Shown here piece after piece: positions 19,965 through 29,407 of a stretch of 64,000 nt of DNA. Position numbers and translations under genes: made by a program. This DNA comes from Armatimonadota bacterium (GTDB taxonomy: Bacteria > Armatimonadota > SYMT01): assembly GCA_046292385.1 (NCBI GenBank), contig JBKBRF010000008.1, forward strand, positions 64,001 to 128,000, written 5' to 3'. Below the pieces are notes generated by a model. It was not told where the DNA came from, did not search any database, and saw nothing but the letters and a program-made list of their open reading frames with translations. The stretch's first letter is position 1, and every line of letters begins with the position of its first letter.

Positions 19965-20543
19965 ATGCTAACGCGAACGCACTTGTCGCTCGTCCTCGTG
20001 GCGCTGCTCACCTTCTCCGGCAGTCTTCTCATCATCGGGGGAGTTCACGGTGGTGGATGGCTCCGGCTCTCGACCGGGGTCTGCAACGTGATCGTGGCCG
20101 GCGTGATCCTCCGGGGCCTGCTCCGGCCGGCTGGACCCGGGCCCGAACCAGTATGGCACGGGCAATCGGATCCGAGTGTGACGCCGCCGGACGGCGCCTT
20201 CGGAGTGAGCCCTCCGCAAGAGCGGCAGCGGACGTTGCGCTGGCTGCGGAGCCTTACTGACAAGGGATTCGCCGAGCTCTTCTACGAAGCGGTGAAAGAT
20301 CGTAAAACGGACGGTGGCTACGGACACTTCGTCCTGGCCGAGGCAGCGAGACGTGACCTCATAGAAGGTCCCTGGGACGTTGACTTCATCGGGCTCCATG
20401 ATCGAGAGCACTACGGCGGCGAGTGGGACGACGATGCCCCAATCTGCCAATCCGGAACCTGCCGCGAGTGTGGAGTTGACGTGCGAAGCTGGGCTAAGGA
20501 AGCAGTGTGTCCAGTCTGCGGCTCCAAGGTGTACGGAACCTAG
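19965..20543 (+). CDS. Hypothetical protein: N-terminal 2-TM hairpin plus C-terminal Zn-ribbon-like CxxC...CxxC
   Basis: ATG with GGAG upstream, CRECG...CPVCG, atypical codon usage. Confidence 0.6.
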   Translation: MLTRTHLSLVLVALLTFSGSLLIIGGVHGGGWLRLSTGVCNVIVAGVILRGLLRPAGPGPEPVWHGQSDPSVTPPDGAFGVSPPQERQRTLRWLRSLTDKGFAELFYEAVKDRKTDGGYGHFVLAEAARRDLIEGPWDVDFIGLHDREHYGGEWDDDAPICQSGTCRECGVDVRSWAKEAVCPVCGSKVYGT

Positions 20544-20557
20544 AGCCGTCGGGAACG

Positions 20558-20599
20558 CTTCGGCGGGTGCCTGCGGTGGATGAAAGGCACCCGCCGAAG
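20558..20599. terminator. Perfect 15-bp stem-loop between convergent genes (likely bidirectional terminator)
   Basis: CTTCGGCGGGTGCCT / AGGCACCCGCCGAAG with a 12-nt loop. No strong U tract. Confidence 0.6.
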
Positions 20600-20611
20600 T
20601 ATCTCCTACTC

Positions 20612-21022
20612 CTATCGCACCACCAGGACGGAGCACTCCAGGCGGTCGACGACCGACTTGGCGGTGCTGCCGAGGAAGAACTCCTCCAGCGCGCCGACGC
20701 CGCGGTGTCCGACGACCACCAGGTCGTAGCTCCCTTCCTTGGCGGCGAGGACGATCGCGTCGTCGGGCGCTTCGACGGAGACCTGCGCGTCGGCGGTGAC
20801 GCCGCTCTCGCGGGCGCGAGCCGCTCCGGATTCGGCGCAGCGGCGGCCGAGGTCCTCGTCGGCGGACATGGTGACCACGCCGTCCTCGCGGACCAGGCGG
20901 TCGGAAGCGGCGGTGAGCACGGTGAGGGAGGCGCCGCACGCCTTCGCCAGCTCGATCGCCCGGTCGAGGGCATGGGTGGCGGCTTCGGAGCCATCATAGC
21001 CGACGAGAATGCGCTGGATCAT
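20612..21022 (-). CDS. Universal stress protein (Usp family)
   Basis: MIQRILVGYDGS, DLVVVGHRG...FFLGST, CSVLVVR. Confidence 0.95.
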   Translation of the reverse strand: MIQRILVGYDGSEAATHALDRAIELAKACGASLTVLTAASDRLVREDGVVTMSADEDLGRRCAESGAARARESGVTADAQVSVEAPDDAIVLAAKEGSYDLVVVGHRGVGALEEFFLGSTAKSVVDRLECSVLVVR

Positions 21023-21912
21023 CGTTTCCGTCCTGCCGCGGGGTAGATCAGGTAGACCTGCCGGCCCGTTTCCGCGGCGAGTAGATGCCCGGTGCCGGTA
21101 GTCACGTAGAGCGTAGAAAGGGTCGGACCGCCCCAGGTGCAGTTGGTGGGACGGTCGTACGGTACCGGGTGCGTGGCGAGCACCCGGCCCGTGGGGCTGA
21201 AGACGTAGATCATCGGGCCGGGGCCGCTCTCGGCCCAGCCGGCGGTCGCCACGATGTTGCCCTCCGCGTCCAGGCACATCCCGTCGATGCCGCGGTGCGG
21301 ATAGAAGTTGTGGAGCACGCCGTGCTCTCCCAGGGAGCCGTCGTCGTGGATCGGGTAGGCGCGCAGCTCCCGCTTGCGATCGGCGCCGTACTCGCTCTGC
21401 GCCACGTAGAGCGTCCGTCCGTCCGGAGAGACCAGCAGTCCGTTCGGCCGGGTGGTGTCCCAGGTGACCCGGTGCAGGCTCCAGCCGCCGTCCGGCTGCG
21501 GGTCGGCGCGGTAGACCGACTCGTGATCCAGCTCCATGTCCTCGCGGAAGTCGCCGTAGCGAGGATCGGTGAACCAGAGGCGGCCCTGCGGATCGAAGGC
21601 GAGGTCGTTCGGGCTGTTCAGCCGCCTGCCTTCGAACCGGTCGGCGATCACCGTCTCACCGTCCGCGTCGTAGCGTACCACGCGGCGCTCGCCGCCCCCG
21701 CCCTGGCAGCCGTAGAGGCGGCCGTCGGCGTCGAAGATCAGGCCGTTCCCCTCGAAGGTGCCCTCGCGGTAGACCGTCGTCTCGCCGGTCTTCGGGGAGT
21801 AGCGCATGATGCGGCTGGCGGGGATGTCGGCGAAGAGCACCGCCTCACCATCCCACGCCGGCCCCTCCGCGAAGCCGACCGGCCCCGCCACCGTCTCGAA
21901 GACCCAGTCCAT
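21019..21912 (-). CDS. SMP-30/gluconolactonase family protein
   Basis: FAEGPAW, RLNSPND, WFTDPRYG, RPNGL, GIDGMCLD, PTNCTWGG. Confidence 0.92.
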   Translation of the reverse strand: MDWVFETVAGPVGFAEGPAWDGEAVLFADIPASRIMRYSPKTGETTVYREGTFEGNGLIFDADGRLYGCQGGGGERRVVRYDADGETVIADRFEGRRLNSPNDLAFDPQGRLWFTDPRYGDFREDMELDHESVYRADPQPDGGWSLHRVTWDTTRPNGLLVSPDGRTLYVAQSEYGADRKRELRAYPIHDDGSLGEHGVLHNFYPHRGIDGMCLDAEGNIVATAGWAESGPGPMIYVFSPTGRVLATHPVPYDRPTNCTWGGPTLSTLYVTTGTGHLLAAETGRQVYLIYPAAGRKR

Positions 21913-21936
21913 CCGTCTCGCCCTCTCTGCCCGGCG

Positions 21937-22287
21937 TCAGGCGCTGAGCTCGCTGAAGATCTGGTCGGTCTTCGCCGCGGAGATGAAGTCGTTCCGGTGC
22001 AGGCCGCGGATCTTGTGCGTCCACCAGCTCACCGTCACCCGCCCCCACTCGGTCAGGATCGCCGGATGGTGGCCTTCGTCCTCCGCGAACTCCCCTACCC
22101 GGTTCGTAAAGGCGAGTGCCTCGGCGAAGTTCTTGAACTTGAACTGTCGCTCCAGCCGCGGGATGCCGTCCTTTTCCAGCAGCTCCCACTCCGGAATCTG
22201 CGGCTTCAGCTCGGCGATCTCCGCCTCGGTCACTCTCGGGGCGTCGGCACGGCATGCAGTACACTTTTCGCTGGTCAGCTCTGCCAC
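21937..22287 (-). CDS. phhB: Pterin-4-alpha-carbinolamine dehydratase
   Basis: [53 protein letters not shown]. Confidence 0.93.
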   Translation of the reverse strand: MAELTSEKCTACRADAPRVTEAEIAELKPQIPEWELLEKDGIPRLERQFKFKNFAEALAFTNRVGEFAEDEGHHPAILTEWGRVTVSWWTHKIRGLHRNDFISAAKTDQIFSELSA

Positions 22288-22340
22288 GTGAATCTCTCCT
22301 CCTGTGGGGGCTAGTGGGTCGAAGGGCCGGGGTCTTCGGT

Positions 22341-22450
22341 GGGGCCTCACCCCCGGCCCCTCTCCTGAGAGGAGAGGGGAGCTACGGGTGTTTTGCCTGC
22401 CTGGCCTCCCCCTTCCACTTCAGGAAAGGGGGTTGGGGGGTTAGGCCGCG
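22341..22450. repeat. REP-like doublet, family R2
   Basis: GGGGCCTCACCCCCGGCCCCTCTCCTGAGAGGAGAGGGGAGCTA ... CCCCTTCCACTTCAGGAAAGGGGGTTGGGGGGTTAGGCCGCG. Confidence 0.85.
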
Positions 22451-22600
22451 AAAGAACGCCGACCCATCGTCCTCCCCCTGAAACCCGACCCCTGATCCCT
22501 GCCCTTCACGTGGTATATTCTGTCCTCGTTCATGGTTCCCTGTCGCGGCAGCGATGCCGCGCCTGTTTCGCCGCTGGAGATGCGGCCGGAGGTGAGCTCG

Positions 22601-22837
22601 ATGCCCGTTCCCGTGCGCCAGGCCGATATGGACGCCGTCTTCCGCGTGACCGACGAGCTGGGGATCCACCGGGAATCGGTGACGGTGCCGCTGGCACGCC
22701 AGGATCCGGGCGGGGTGAAGGACCTGGGCGGCGGGCAGCTCCGGATCACGCTGCCGGAATCCGAGGAGCCGGACGCCTGGGCGGAGGGCACGCTGCGGGG
22801 GGAGCTGGAGAAGCTCGGCTACGAGCCGCTTCCGTGA
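22601..22837 (+). CDS. Small hypothetical protein (78 aa)
   Basis: GGAGGTGA RBS before ATG, strong GC3 bias. Confidence 0.75.
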   Translation: MPVPVRQADMDAVFRVTDELGIHRESVTVPLARQDPGGVKDLGGGQLRITLPESEEPDAWAEGTLRGELEKLGYEPLP

Positions 22838-22957
22838 TCGCGGCGGTCGCCGGCGGAACCGCCCGCGCGGGGGACCGGTATTCAGTGCATGGCAGGGCGG
22901 CGCGCGACGCCGCGCGCGGGGGGCGGCCCCGGCGCCACTCCCTCTGCCGGTTCTCCT

Positions 22958-23830
22958 ATGCTCAATAACCTGCGCGAGCTCTGGAAGTTCCGCGAGCTGC
23001 TCATCATCCTGGTCCGGCGCGACCTGAAGATCCGGTACAAGAACTCGGTTCTCGGCTTCGGCTGGTCGCTGCTCAACCCGCTGGCGCAGGTGCTCACCAT
23101 CACGCTGGTGCTCAAGTTCCTGGGCGCGCAGGGGGTGACGGAGAACTACCACGCCTACGTCTTCTGCGCGCTGCTGCCGTGGCTCTTCTTCAGCACCGCC
23201 ACGATGGACGCCGGGATGTCACTGGTGGCGTTCCACGACCTGCTCCGGCGCGCCTACTTTCCGCGGGAGGCGCTGCCGCTCACCACGGTCGCGGCGAACT
23301 TCATCCACTTCCTGCTCGCGATGGGCGTCTTCCTGGTCTACGAGACGCTCAACCCGCTCTTCTGGTGGGTGGTGGATGGCAAGTTCAACTTCCCGATCCA
23401 GCCGACCGTGGTGCTGACGGTGATCCCGATGGCGGGGCTCTTCCTGCTCGTCTCCGGGATCGCGATGTTCATCTCGGTCTGGACGCTCTACTTCGAGGAC
23501 GTGCGCTACCTGGCGGACAGCGGCATGAAGATCCTCTACTGGCTGGTGCCGGTGCTCTACTTCCCGGAGCTGATCCTGCACCGGGACCCGGGCGGCCGCG
23601 GGGAGCTGATTTACACGCTCTACATGCTCAACCCGCTCTCCGCCTTCATCACCAGCTTCAAGAAGCTCACCCTGCCGCCGACGAAGTCGCCCGGCGGGGA
23701 GTGGATGACCACGCCGATGGGCGCGCAGGACTGGGGCTTCCTGGGGATCGCCATGGTGGTGTCGCTCGTCTTCTTCCTGCTGGCGCACCGCTACTTCAAC
23801 GCCCGAAAGTGGAAGCTGGCCGAACGTTAA
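22958..23830 (+). CDS. wzm: Polysaccharide ABC exporter permease (Wzm/TagG family)
   Basis: RRDLKIRYKNSVLGFGWSLLNPL, YFPRE, PVLYF, LNPLS. Confidence 0.93.
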   Translation: MLNNLRELWKFRELLIILVRRDLKIRYKNSVLGFGWSLLNPLAQVLTITLVLKFLGAQGVTENYHAYVFCALLPWLFFSTATMDAGMSLVAFHDLLRRAYFPREALPLTTVAANFIHFLLAMGVFLVYETLNPLFWWVVDGKFNFPIQPTVVLTVIPMAGLFLLVSGIAMFISVWTLYFEDVRYLADSGMKILYWLVPVLYFPELILHRDPGGRGELIYTLYMLNPLSAFITSFKKLTLPPTKSPGGEWMTTPMGAQDWGFLGIAMVVSLVFFLLAHRYFNARKWKLAER

Positions 23831-23952
23831 ACTCAGTTGCAGGTGGTCAGGTTGCAGGTTTCAGGTTGGCTGCTAACGATGGAATGAGCCAGTCCGCGGA
23901 TCGGCTGCACCTTAAACCCTAAACCCTAGGCCCTAGACCAGACCCTCTCCCC

Positions 23953-24723
23953 ATGACGATGCCGATCATCGAAGCGCGCGACCTCCAGAAGGAGTTCACC
24001 CTGGAAATGGGGCCCGGCTCCATCAAGCGGCTCATCCTCACCGGCCGCCGGGGCGAGCGGCGGCACGTCCACGCGCTGCGCGGGATCACGTTCTCGATCC
24101 AGCCGGGCGAGGCGGTGGCGCTGGTCGGCCGCAATGGCTCCGGGAAGAGCACCTTCCTGAGCCTGGTCGGCCGCATCTACCTCCCTACCTCCGGCACGCT
24201 TTCGGTGCGCGGTCGCGTGGCGCCGCTGCTGCAGCTCGGGGCGGGGTTCCACCCGGACCTGACCGGCCGGGAGAACATCGAGTGGAACGGGGTGATCCTG
24301 GGGCTCACCCGCCAGCAGGTGAGGGAGCGGACGCCGGAGATCGTTCGCTTCGCGGAGCTGGAGCGGTTCATCGACGCTCCGCTCCGCAGCTACAGCTCCG
24401 GCATGATGATGCGCCTCGGGTTCGCAATCGCGGCGCACACCGATTCGGAGATCCTGCTGGTCGACGAGGCGCTGGCGGTCGGCGACGAGCACTTCCAGGA
24501 GAAGTGCTTCGCCCGCATTCAGGAGCTGATCGCCGCGGGGCGCACCGTGCTCTTCGTCTCGCACGAGATGACCGACGTCACGCGCGTGGCGCGGAGGGCG
24601 ATCTGGCTGGACCAGGGCCTGGTGCGGATGGACGGCCCTCCGGAAGAAGTAGTGGAGGCCTACCTCGCCGACGCGCGCGCGCCGAGTGAGGTCACCGCCG
24701 GCGCCGTGACGACGGCGGAGTAG
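23953..24723 (+). CDS. wzt: Polysaccharide ABC exporter ATPase (Wzt/TagH family, no C-terminal carbohydrate-binding domain)
   Basis: GRNGSGKST, YSSGMMMRLGF, LLVDEALAVGD. Confidence 0.94.
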   Translation: MTMPIIEARDLQKEFTLEMGPGSIKRLILTGRRGERRHVHALRGITFSIQPGEAVALVGRNGSGKSTFLSLVGRIYLPTSGTLSVRGRVAPLLQLGAGFHPDLTGRENIEWNGVILGLTRQQVRERTPEIVRFAELERFIDAPLRSYSSGMMMRLGFAIAAHTDSEILLVDEALAVGDEHFQEKCFARIQELIAAGRTVLFVSHEMTDVTRVARRAIWLDQGLVRMDGPPEEVVEAYLADARAPSEVTAGAVTTAE

Positions 24724-24728
24724 CGCGC

Positions 24729-25670
24729 GTGGAGACTGCCCCTTCCCCCACTCGTCCGGACGTCTCCCTGGTGATCCCGGCTTACAACCGGGCCGACCTG
24801 CTGGAGAAGTGCCTGGCGAGCCTGTACCGCTCCGAAGGGGTGACCTGGGAGGCGACGGTGGTCGACAACGCCTCTCCCGAGGACCTCTCCGGCGTCGCGG
24901 CGCGCTTCCCGGAGCTGCGCTGGCTGCGGATGGAGCGGAACCTCGGCTACGCGGCGGCGAACAACCGGGGGCTGGAGGGCGCGCGCGGCCGGCACGTCTG
25001 CTACCTCAACTCCGACGCCGAGTTGTTCCCCGACACCCTGGCTGGCCTGGCGCGCTACCTCGATACGCATCCCGAGGCCGGCGCCGTGACGCCGTGCAAC
25101 GTCGGGCCGGACGGTCTTCCCCAGCATACCCTCTCTCCGGAACACACGCTCCAGATGGCGTGGCTGCGCGACTCCGGCTTCCACCTGCTCTTCCCGAACG
25201 CGCCGCCATTTCGCGGCTGGATGCTGCCGGACTTCGACTTCGAGCGGGAGCAGGAGGTGGCGCACGCGCAGACCACCTGTCTGTTGATCCGCGCCGAGGC
25301 CTACCAGCAGTCGGGCGGGATGGACGAGTCGCTGTTCCTCTTCTACAACGACGTCGACTTCTGCCGCCGCCTCCGCACCGCCGGCTGGAAGCTGGTCTAT
25401 CTCCCCCAGCCCCGGGTGCTGCACCACGGCAGCGCCAGCGTGGAGACCGCGCCCTGGAAGGAGCGCCAGCTCTGGCGAGACCGCTACCGGTTCTTCCGCC
25501 GCTGGTACGGCACCCGCGGCACCCTCGGCGTCCGCTTCGCCTGCCTCCACCGCAGCGTCACCCGCACCCTCGCCCAGCTCGTCCAGGGCCGCCCCGGCAA
25601 CATCGCCCCCATGTGGCGCCACGGTCTGGACCTGTACCGAGCGCTAAGCGAAGAGTATAACGGCGGCTGA
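24729..25670 (+). CDS. GT2 glycosyltransferase (WbbL-like)
   Basis: SLVIPAYN, VVDNAS, NLGYAAANN, YLNSDA, DVDFCRR. Confidence 0.92.
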   Translation: METAPSPTRPDVSLVIPAYNRADLLEKCLASLYRSEGVTWEATVVDNASPEDLSGVAARFPELRWLRMERNLGYAAANNRGLEGARGRHVCYLNSDAELFPDTLAGLARYLDTHPEAGAVTPCNVGPDGLPQHTLSPEHTLQMAWLRDSGFHLLFPNAPPFRGWMLPDFDFEREQEVAHAQTTCLLIRAEAYQQSGGMDESLFLFYNDVDFCRRLRTAGWKLVYLPQPRVLHHGSASVETAPWKERQLWRDRYRFFRRWYGTRGTLGVRFACLHRSVTRTLAQLVQGRPGNIAPMWRHGLDLYRALSEEYNGG

Positions 25671-25868
25671 GGTCGGCAGAGTGTAAGAAAAGGAGATGTG
25701 GGGATGAAAGCTGGGGATATGGCGATGGGAACCAGCGGGTGAGCAGGCCCGACCCTCTCATCGACGCGTTAGAATTCAGCCTTTAGCCTTTTGCCTTTAC
25801 TATCCCCTCATCCCCGTTCCCACATCCCCCCATCCCCTGAAAGGTTCGGGCTCTCTTCGCTCGCTGAC

Positions 25869-27002
25869 TTACCATCCTTCCGGCAGGCGGACGCCGCGGT
25901 TGCGGAGGTCGTGGGCGAGGGCGGAGAGGCGCTGGCGCAGGTTAGGGCGCTTCGGGCGCAGGCGGGGCATCAGCGTGGGGGCGGGGGGGCCGACCGCTTT
26001 CGACTTCCGCAGGAATACCTGCAGCGCCTCTGGCTCCGTGGGGATCGGGCCTCGCGCGGGGCGCAGCGCGTACCAGCCGTCCTTCCCCACCACCGGCGCC
26101 TCCGGCTGCAGGAGCAGCTCGTTCGCGAGCCAGGGGAGCCACTGGCGGCGGTCGAGGTCCATGGTCGTGCTGTGGAGCCGCGGGACGTCATCCGGCGGCC
26201 AGTGCATGGGGGTGGCGGGGCGGGCGTTTACGTAGCCCTGGCGCTCCAGGTCCCGCTCCTCGATCTCGGGAGTCACCAGCCGCCATGGCGCCCGCTCCCG
26301 CTCGCGGTGGTAGAGCAGGCTCAGGATCTTCTCGGGGGCCAGATTGGTGTCCAGGTCCTTTGCGCCGACGGTTGCCAGGAGGCGGGAGAGGTTCCGCCGG
26401 AGGGCGGGAGAGACGTTGCCGCCGGATGGCCCAAACGTGGCGCTGCCGAAGTGGACCACGTCCCAGCCGGTGAGCCAGGCCAGGCCGTAGCCGTGCTTCC
26501 AGCATTGGAGGGTGGTGTAGGCCTCGTCGTAGCCGTAGCCGCTCATCGTCTCCGGCATTCCGCCCCAGGCGCGGTAGGCGCCCGGCCGCACGCACCACGT
26601 GGCGCCGTTCACGCCGCCGTACATGAACTCCAGCTCGGAGTCTCCCTCCGCGCGGCCCGGGCTTACCACCCCCAGCAGCGGCCATTCCGCGAAGACCTTC
26701 TCCAGCCGGGAGAGATCGTCGGTGGAGCAGAACTCGATGTCGTTGTTGGCGATGATCCAGAGGTCGCCGGTCGCGGCGTTGGCCCCCGCATTGACCGCGG
26801 CGCAGTAGTTGAACACCGGCTCCCGGTACGGAACCACCCGCGCGCCGATCTGGCGGCAGTAGTCCGGCGTGCCGTCGGTGCTGCCGGAGTCGACGATGAC
26901 CCATTCGACCTCGATCCCGGGATTGCGGTCCCGGACCGATTCGACCAGCCCTCGCGTGTAGTCGAGGCCGTTCCGGACCGGCACGATGAACGAAAAGCTC
27001 AC
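25869..27002 (-). CDS. GT2 glycosyltransferase with C-terminal extension
   Basis: FSFIVPVRN, IVDSGSTDGT, FNYCAAVN, ANNDI. Confidence 0.88.
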   Translation of the reverse strand: MSFSFIVPVRNGLDYTRGLVESVRDRNPGIEVEWVIVDSGSTDGTPDYCRQIGARVVPYREPVFNYCAAVNAGANAATGDLWIIANNDIEFCSTDDLSRLEKVFAEWPLLGVVSPGRAEGDSELEFMYGGVNGATWCVRPGAYRAWGGMPETMSGYGYDEAYTTLQCWKHGYGLAWLTGWDVVHFGSATFGPSGGNVSPALRRNLSRLLATVGAKDLDTNLAPEKILSLLYHRERERAPWRLVTPEIEERDLERQGYVNARPATPMHWPPDDVPRLHSTTMDLDRRQWLPWLANELLLQPEAPVVGKDGWYALRPARGPIPTEPEALQVFLRKSKAVGPPAPTLMPRLRPKRPNLRQRLSALAHDLRNRGVRLPEGW

Positions 27003-27117
27003 GATCGAGACCCCTGCGGTGAGAGCACGAGGAAGCGGCTGGAGCGCGGCCGCATTGGCGGTGCGCTGGACATGTTAACAGGGTATACGCGCGGCGGGGC
27101 TCCCGCAACTTGAGTAT

Positions 27118-27357
27118 GCGGTGCGGAGTGAACTCCGCGGATTGGTTCCGCCGGAGGTCAACCTCCGGCGATCTAAGCGCGGCGGGGCTGGCGCCCCGGA
27201 GGGGCGCGAGCGGATAGCCGGGGGTCAGCGTAGCGCAGCCCCCGGATCCCGAGCCGCGACCACGTTCCGCCCTGGATGGGCGGGAGGAATACTCGGGAAG
27301 CGGTGCGGAGTGAGCTCCGCGGGTTGGCTTCGCCGGCAGTCAACTGCCGGCGATCTA
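27118..27357. repeat. Two direct copies of a ~58-nt double-hairpin unit flanking a REP-like palindrome
   Basis: 27118-27175 and 27300-27357. Between them lies GCCCCGGAGGGGC...CCGGGGGT..GCCCCCGG. Confidence 0.8.
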
Positions 27358-27460
27358 GCTCTCCCCGCGCCGTGGTGCAGCGCAGCGCGATCCGCGGAAC
27401 GGCTCGAACAGCTGCCTCCGCCGCTCGCTCTCTGTCGCTCCGTCCCTCTGTCTCTCCGTC

Positions 27461-29380
27461 TCAGTTACGGGTGGCCGCGTGGTGGTCCGCGCCGTCGAGG
27501 TGCGAGTCCGGCTGGGGGAAGTCGCCGGCGGGATGGATCGGCAGCTCGATGCGGAATCTCGCGCCGCCTTCGGGGGCGTTGTCCGCGCAGATCTGACCGC
27601 CGTGCGCGTCGACGATCCGCTTGCAGAGCGCCAGCCCCAGGCCGGTACCGGTCGACTTGGTGGTCACCAGCGGTTCGAAGATCGTGTCCCGGAGCTCTTC
27701 CGGAATGCCGGCGCCGGTGTCCTCCACCTCGATCACGCAGTGATCCCCGCTCTGGCTGGTGCTGACGCGCACCTGTCCTCCCTCCGGCATTGCCTGTACC
27801 GCGTTGCGGACCAGGTTCTCCAGCACCTGGAAGAGCTGGGCGCGGTCCAGCCGGACGGCCGGCAGGTGCGGATCGAGCCGCAGGCGCAGCTCCACCGGGT
27901 CTTCCGGATGCACTACGTCCGCCACCTCTTCCACCAGGTCGTTCAGGTCGCACCACTGGAGCTGCGGCTCTCCGGTGCGGGCGAACGCCAGCAGGGTCCG
28001 GATGATCTGGTCGGACCGCTTCAGCTCCCGCTGCATAATCTCGAGGCGCGCTTCCAGGCGCTCGTCCTTCTGATCGTTCAGACGCATCCGCAGCCAGTGC
28101 AGCGTGAGGCTGATCGTGTTGAGCGGGTTGCGCAGATCGTGGGCGATGGCGGAGGAGAGCAGCCCCAGGGTCGAGAGCCGCTCCGCGCGGAGCAGCTTCT
28201 CGTGCTCCCACTCCAGCTCTCGCGTGCGCTCCCGCACCCGTTCCTCCAGCGCCTGGTTTGCCGCCACCAGCTGGTCGTGCGTGGACGCGAGACGGAGCGC
28301 CATTGAGTTGAACGCCTCCACCAGCGGCTCGAACTCCCGCACCTCCGCGGGAGGCAGCCGGAGGGAGAGGTCGCCGCTGCCGAGCTTCCGCGCCGCGGCG
28401 GAGAGACGCACCACGGGACGCATGCTGAGGCGCAGCAGCAGGTAGATCGCCGCGCCGAAGGCGATTACCACGCCCAGCATCAGGATGATCTTGGGCCGGG
28501 TGTCGTCCGGCCAGAGGCTGGCCAGCTCCTGCTCCGACTGCAGGGAAACGAGCTGCCAGGGAGTCCCCGGCACCGGCACTGCGTGGCCCACCATCGGCGC
28601 GCCGTTCAGCATCAGCTCGAAGGGGCGGTTCTGGCCGACCGCCAGCGCGCGCTTCAGGGCGGCCTCCAGCTCCGGGCGGGCGACCAGCGGATGGTCCGCG
28701 GCGATCGGCGTGCCGGTCTGGTCCAGGAGCAGGTCGGCCTCCGACTCCCCGGTCTTCGCGAGCAGGCTCGCCAGGGCGGAAGCCTCGAACTCCATCGTCA
28801 CGGCGCCGAGCACCTCCGGGGTGCCGGAGGGGAGTGCGGAGGATCCGGGGCGCGCCCGCCGCGTCACGAGCGTGGCGACCCAGACCCGCGGCGGCTCGCC
28901 CTCGATGGGGCGGTAGACGTCGGAGACCTGGCGCGGCGCCTGCGGGGTCAGACCGGGGACCTGGATCTGTTTGCGCACGTTGGTGTCCGGTGCGCCGTAC
29001 TGCACGGTCCAGTCGGTCCCGATAACCTGGAGGCCCACCAGGCCCTCGTATTGCTCCTTCACCACGCGGAGATAGCCGTTCGCCTGCGCGTCCGGCACCC
29101 ACCTGCCGAGGACCGACTCCCCGATCACCTCCTGGGAGCGGTGGATCTGGTCGAGCGCGGCGCGGAGCATGCCCGCTTCGGCGCGGGCGGCGCGGAGCTG
29201 CCGGCCGATCAGCACCTGACGCCGGTGGTGGACGCGGTGGAAGTACTCCTGTGATTCCAGCGTCAGCAGCACCAGCAGGAGCCCGACCAGCGTGTACAGC
29301 AGCTTGCCCCGAAGCGAGCTCCAGTGGAGCACCGCCATCGAGTTGAGCCGCCGCCAGGTTTTCTCCGCGAAGCTCCTCAT
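27461..29380 (-). CDS. Membrane sensor histidine kinase (extracytoplasmic domain, HAMP, HisKA, HATPase)
   Basis: Two TMs, HAMP, IAHDLRNPL H-box, NLVRNAVQA, DTGAGI, GTGLGL. Start uncertain (29338-29407). No adjacent response regulator. Confidence 0.93.
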   Translation of the reverse strand: MRSFAEKTWRRLNSMAVLHWSSLRGKLLYTLVGLLLVLLTLESQEYFHRVHHRRQVLIGRQLRAARAEAGMLRAALDQIHRSQEVIGESVLGRWVPDAQANGYLRVVKEQYEGLVGLQVIGTDWTVQYGAPDTNVRKQIQVPGLTPQAPRQVSDVYRPIEGEPPRVWVATLVTRRARPGSSALPSGTPEVLGAVTMEFEASALASLLAKTGESEADLLLDQTGTPIAADHPLVARPELEAALKRALAVGQNRPFELMLNGAPMVGHAVPVPGTPWQLVSLQSEQELASLWPDDTRPKIILMLGVVIAFGAAIYLLLRLSMRPVVRLSAAARKLGSGDLSLRLPPAEVREFEPLVEAFNSMALRLASTHDQLVAANQALEERVRERTRELEWEHEKLLRAERLSTLGLLSSAIAHDLRNPLNTISLTLHWLRMRLNDQKDERLEARLEIMQRELKRSDQIIRTLLAFARTGEPQLQWCDLNDLVEEVADVVHPEDPVELRLRLDPHLPAVRLDRAQLFQVLENLVRNAVQAMPEGGQVRVSTSQSGDHCVIEVEDTGAGIPEELRDTIFEPLVTTKSTGTGLGLALCKRIVDAHGGQICADNAPEGGARFRIELPIHPAGDFPQPDSHLDGADHHAATRN

Positions 29381-29407
29381 CTCTGGAGAATCCTGTCCCG
29401 ACCTCAA

